A model generated the notes under the pieces. It saw only the letters and a list, made by a program, of their open reading frames with translations, had not been told where the DNA came from and ran no database searches. Below are positions 61,271-64,000 of a DNA stretch of 64,000 bases, piece after piece (the first letter of the stretch is position 1; each line of letters begins with the position of its first letter). Both the position numbers and the translations under genes were made by a program. Source of the stretch: Bdellovibrionales bacterium (lineage in GTDB: Bacteria > Bdellovibrionota > Bdellovibrionia > Bdellovibrionales > Bdellovibrionaceae); contig JANMPT010000092.1 in the NCBI GenBank assembly GCA_031370005.1, positions 29,863 through 93,862 of the forward strand, read 5' to 3'.

Positions 61271-61579
61271 ATGAGCATCTCAGATAAGATGAAGGGTCTA
61301 ACGACGAACGTTCAAGACGGAGTGAAATACTCCTCGGTGGCCTTACTCTGCCTTAGCCTGCGTATTGTGACCGGATTTATGCTAGGACTGACCCTCGGAC
61401 TTATTGGGCAAGAGCTTATAGGCTATGGAGCTTTCGCGTTGACCTTTATGTTGGTTGTAGTGATGGGTCTTGTGGTGAAAACCACCTCGGAATGGGGGCT
61501 TGGAAAAATCCTCATCTTTGATTTAATACTCGTTCTTGCGGCTATGCTTCTTAGAATGTATATTCTCGTCGCGCCATAA
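61271..61579 (+). CDS. Small integral membrane protein
   Basis: GGGGG RBS and three hydrophobic helices. Confidence 0.7.
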   Translation: MSISDKMKGLTTNVQDGVKYSSVALLCLSLRIVTGFMLGLTLGLIGQELIGYGAFALTFMLVVVMGLVVKTTSEWGLGKILIFDLILVLAAMLLRMYILVAP

Positions 61580-61600
61580 TAATTTGAAAGGGTTTTAGCA

Positions 61601-62893
61601 ATGATCGATATTAAGTTTCTCGAGAGGAAAGCCGAGAGTGGCTTTTCTTATTTTGATGAATACAAACAAAACCTTTTAAATCGCGGAACATCTACGGAGA
61701 TCCTGGAGCATATCATCCAGCTCAATAAAAAACGTAAAGAGATGATCACCTTGGCTGAGAGCGAAAAAGCAAAGCAAAACAAACTCAGCGGCGACATCGG
61801 TAAACTCAAGCGTGAGGGTGGCGATACTTCTGCGGCGATGGCAGAGGTTGAAAAACTGAAAGGCGCTGTGAGGGACCTAGAGACGAAAGCCTCGGAGGTT
61901 GACCAACAAGTCACTGATATAGCTATGACGTTACCGAACAAGTCTCATAGTAGTGTTCCAGTCGGGCGCTCTGAAAAAGACAATGTACTGGTGAAACAAG
62001 TGGGCACACCACCGAATTTTTCCTTTAAAGCGAAAGAGCACTGGGAGCTGGGCGAGGCTCTCGATATTATTGATTTTGAGCGCGCTGGAAAAACCACGGG
62101 GACTCGTTTTGCTTTTTTAAAAGGGGCGGCGGCACAACTGGAGCGTGGTCTAATTCAGTTTATGATGGATCTTCATTCTCAGAAGCATGGATATGTTGAG
62201 ATGATTCCTCCATTCATGGTGAACAGTAATAGTTTGCTTGGAACCGGACAATTTCCGAAGTTTAAAGAGGATGTCTTTAGCCTTGTCGGTACAGACTTAT
62301 ATCTAATTCCCACGGCTGAGGTACCAGTAACGAACTACTATAATAATGAAATTTTGAACGAGGTTGATTTGCCGAAAAGCTTTTGTGCTTATTCTCCATG
62401 TTTCCGCTCTGAAGCTGGAAGCGCAGGGCGTGATACCAAAGGCTTAATTCGTCAGCATCAGTTCGACAAAGTGGAGTTGATGACTTTTGCTCATCCAGAA
62501 AAGTCCTATGAAATTCATGAGAGGTTAACGGCTCACGCTGAGCAGGTATTGTTAGACCTAGAGCTTCCATTTCGGCGCATGCTTCTTTGTACGAGCGACA
62601 TAAGCTTTGGGGCTGCGAAAACCTATGACCTTGAGGTGTGGTTACCGGGACAAAATAATTACCGTGAGATTAGCTCTTGCTCTAATTTTGAAGACTTTCA
62701 GGCCCGCCGCGCAAACATTCGCTTTAGGTCTGCGGGAGGAAAGCCTCAGTTTGTTCACACTTTGAATGGGTCCGGACTCGCCGTGGGTCGTACTCTGGTG
62801 GCCATACTTGAGAATTACCAGCGAGAGGACGGAAGTGTAGCAATTCCGAAAGCCCTTCAGCGCTACATGTGCGACCGCAAGGAGATTAAATAA
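61601..62893 (+). CDS. serS: Serine--tRNA ligase
   Basis: N-terminal coiled coil, [38 protein letters not shown] and HTLNGSGLA. Confidence 0.98.
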   Translation: MIDIKFLERKAESGFSYFDEYKQNLLNRGTSTEILEHIIQLNKKRKEMITLAESEKAKQNKLSGDIGKLKREGGDTSAAMAEVEKLKGAVRDLETKASEVDQQVTDIAMTLPNKSHSSVPVGRSEKDNVLVKQVGTPPNFSFKAKEHWELGEALDIIDFERAGKTTGTRFAFLKGAAAQLERGLIQFMMDLHSQKHGYVEMIPPFMVNSNSLLGTGQFPKFKEDVFSLVGTDLYLIPTAEVPVTNYYNNEILNEVDLPKSFCAYSPCFRSEAGSAGRDTKGLIRQHQFDKVELMTFAHPEKSYEIHERLTAHAEQVLLDLELPFRRMLLCTSDISFGAAKTYDLEVWLPGQNNYREISSCSNFEDFQARRANIRFRSAGGKPQFVHTLNGSGLAVGRTLVAILENYQREDGSVAIPKALQRYMCDRKEIK

Positions 62894-62953
62894 GCGCCGC
62901 GTTAGCGCAACAACTGCTTGAATACGTTCTTTAAAACCAATAAAACGGTCGAC

Positions 62954-63043
62954 GGAGAGCTGGTAGAGCGGTTGAATACACCAGTCTTGAAAACTGGCAG
63001 CCCTTCGCGGGGCTCGAGGGTTCGAATCCCTCGCTCTCCGCCA
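62954..63043 (+). tRNA. tRNA-Ser(TGA)
   Basis: GGAGAGC/GCTCTCC acceptor stem, CCAGT-CTTGAAA-ACTGG anticodon arm, long variable arm, GGTTCGAATCC, G73 and CCA. Confidence 0.97.
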
Positions 63044-63287
63044 TTTTACTCTCGGGTAAAGTGAAATTTCGGACCGCTCGCAGATGACTCAAGTTTCAAA
63101 CTCCTAACTCCGCAAAAACTTTAGAGAAAATAACAATAATTGTAAGACAGAGTTCAAGACGATTTTCAGTTCGATTTTCACCACCATCAACCGAGAATAG
63201 CCTAATTTACGCAATATGATTAGCTATTTTGAAAACGGCAAGTACTTTGTCGAAAGGTGGGGCGGAGAAGATGCCTGCAGTTTAGAC

Positions 63288-63854
63288 CTATCTCGACCAA
63301 ACAATCGCCAGGGCGAAAAAACTGAAAAAATTAGCACTCCCGTGTAATAACCAAGAGGGAATTATACTTTCACCCTCTCTTCGATAATTTACGTAACCTA
63401 AAATTAACCCCATTCCAAAACTTGTTATGAAAGCCACCCCTTGAATTAAAGAAATCCACTCGCCAGTTACCAACCAAAAAATCGCCAGATGCATGAGCCA
63501 AAATATCAAGGCTTGAACAAAGTTCCCCTTCAAGAATCCCATCGCATTGAAAAATCGCTTCGCGATCAAACCGCGAAAAAGAAGTTCTTCAGCAGCGCTT
63601 GCTTGCACAAAGCAGTAAATCAATGCCTTGATAACTGCGCTAAAATCAAAACCGTTCTTTAAGATCTTGCCGTAGGGTGAACTGTCGCTCATTAACATCT
63701 GTCTAAAGTCCTCACTTAGACGATATTCCAATGCCAAACTAACAACAGCGAATGCCACTGATGCGAGCCAGATTATCCAAAATTTTCGATCAAGTTGTTG
63801 TCGAGTCGGCCAGATGCCGATAAATTTAAAAAATGATTGGCCAGCAAGTAGGGG
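63288..63854 (-). pseudogene. CPBP/Abi (CAAX protease-like) intramembrane metalloprotease, N-terminus apparently disrupted
   Basis: AEELLFRG, FWLMH and HGSAN motifs. The frame stays open upstream of 63758 to a TAA at 63855-63857 without an ATG. Confidence 0.6.
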
Positions 63855-64000
63855 TTACACATATGGCCGCAAAGCCTATCCAGTAAACAAAACTTTCAAT
63901 AAATAGTCATCCCGAAGGCCTGCAATTTTTTGTTTTCTGCGAATGCCTTTTTTTGTTGGCTCTTTTTTTAATAAATTTAAAACCATTTTTCTCAAAAGCG

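Overview
This is a bacterial chromosomal window, most likely from a Bdellovibrionota predator. That call is inferred from FQNC-type lipoproteins, TPR regulators, GYF-TPR proteins, sigma28 promoters in front of secreted genes and gene order. The core backbone runs dnaG(partial)-rpoD-recQ, tRNA(CAT), glnB-glnA, trmL, secA, bamE, an A2-type caa3 oxidase operon, homogentisate catabolism genes (hmgA, FAA hydrolase, maiA) interleaved with sodC/dps, a PPTase and a Lol-like ABC exporter, rsmG, rho-rpmE-prfA-prmC-murA, serS and tRNA-Ser. Accessory DNA comprises (i) a decayed tRNA-anchored element at about 5.1-9.3 kb with a serine resolvase, an MNT-HEPN pair and several pseudogenes, followed by about 10 kb of secreted-protein genes including a caspase/legumain-like peptidase; (ii) a 2.9-kb cassette of secreted-protein genes bounded by 76-bp direct repeats; and (iii) a decayed CPBP gene after tRNA-Ser. 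The most unusual signals are two apparent pseudo-enzymes flanking glnB-glnA (a GcvH lacking the lipoyl-lysine with a D/E tail, and a GGCT fold lacking the catalytic Glu), a sigma54 unit encoding a small secreted protein whose 3' end carries tandem hairpins with CCCCUCC anti-SD-like loops, and the repeat-bounded sigma28-driven cassette. No CRISPR, rRNA or prophage structural genes were seen. All calls are by eye; no database searches were run.
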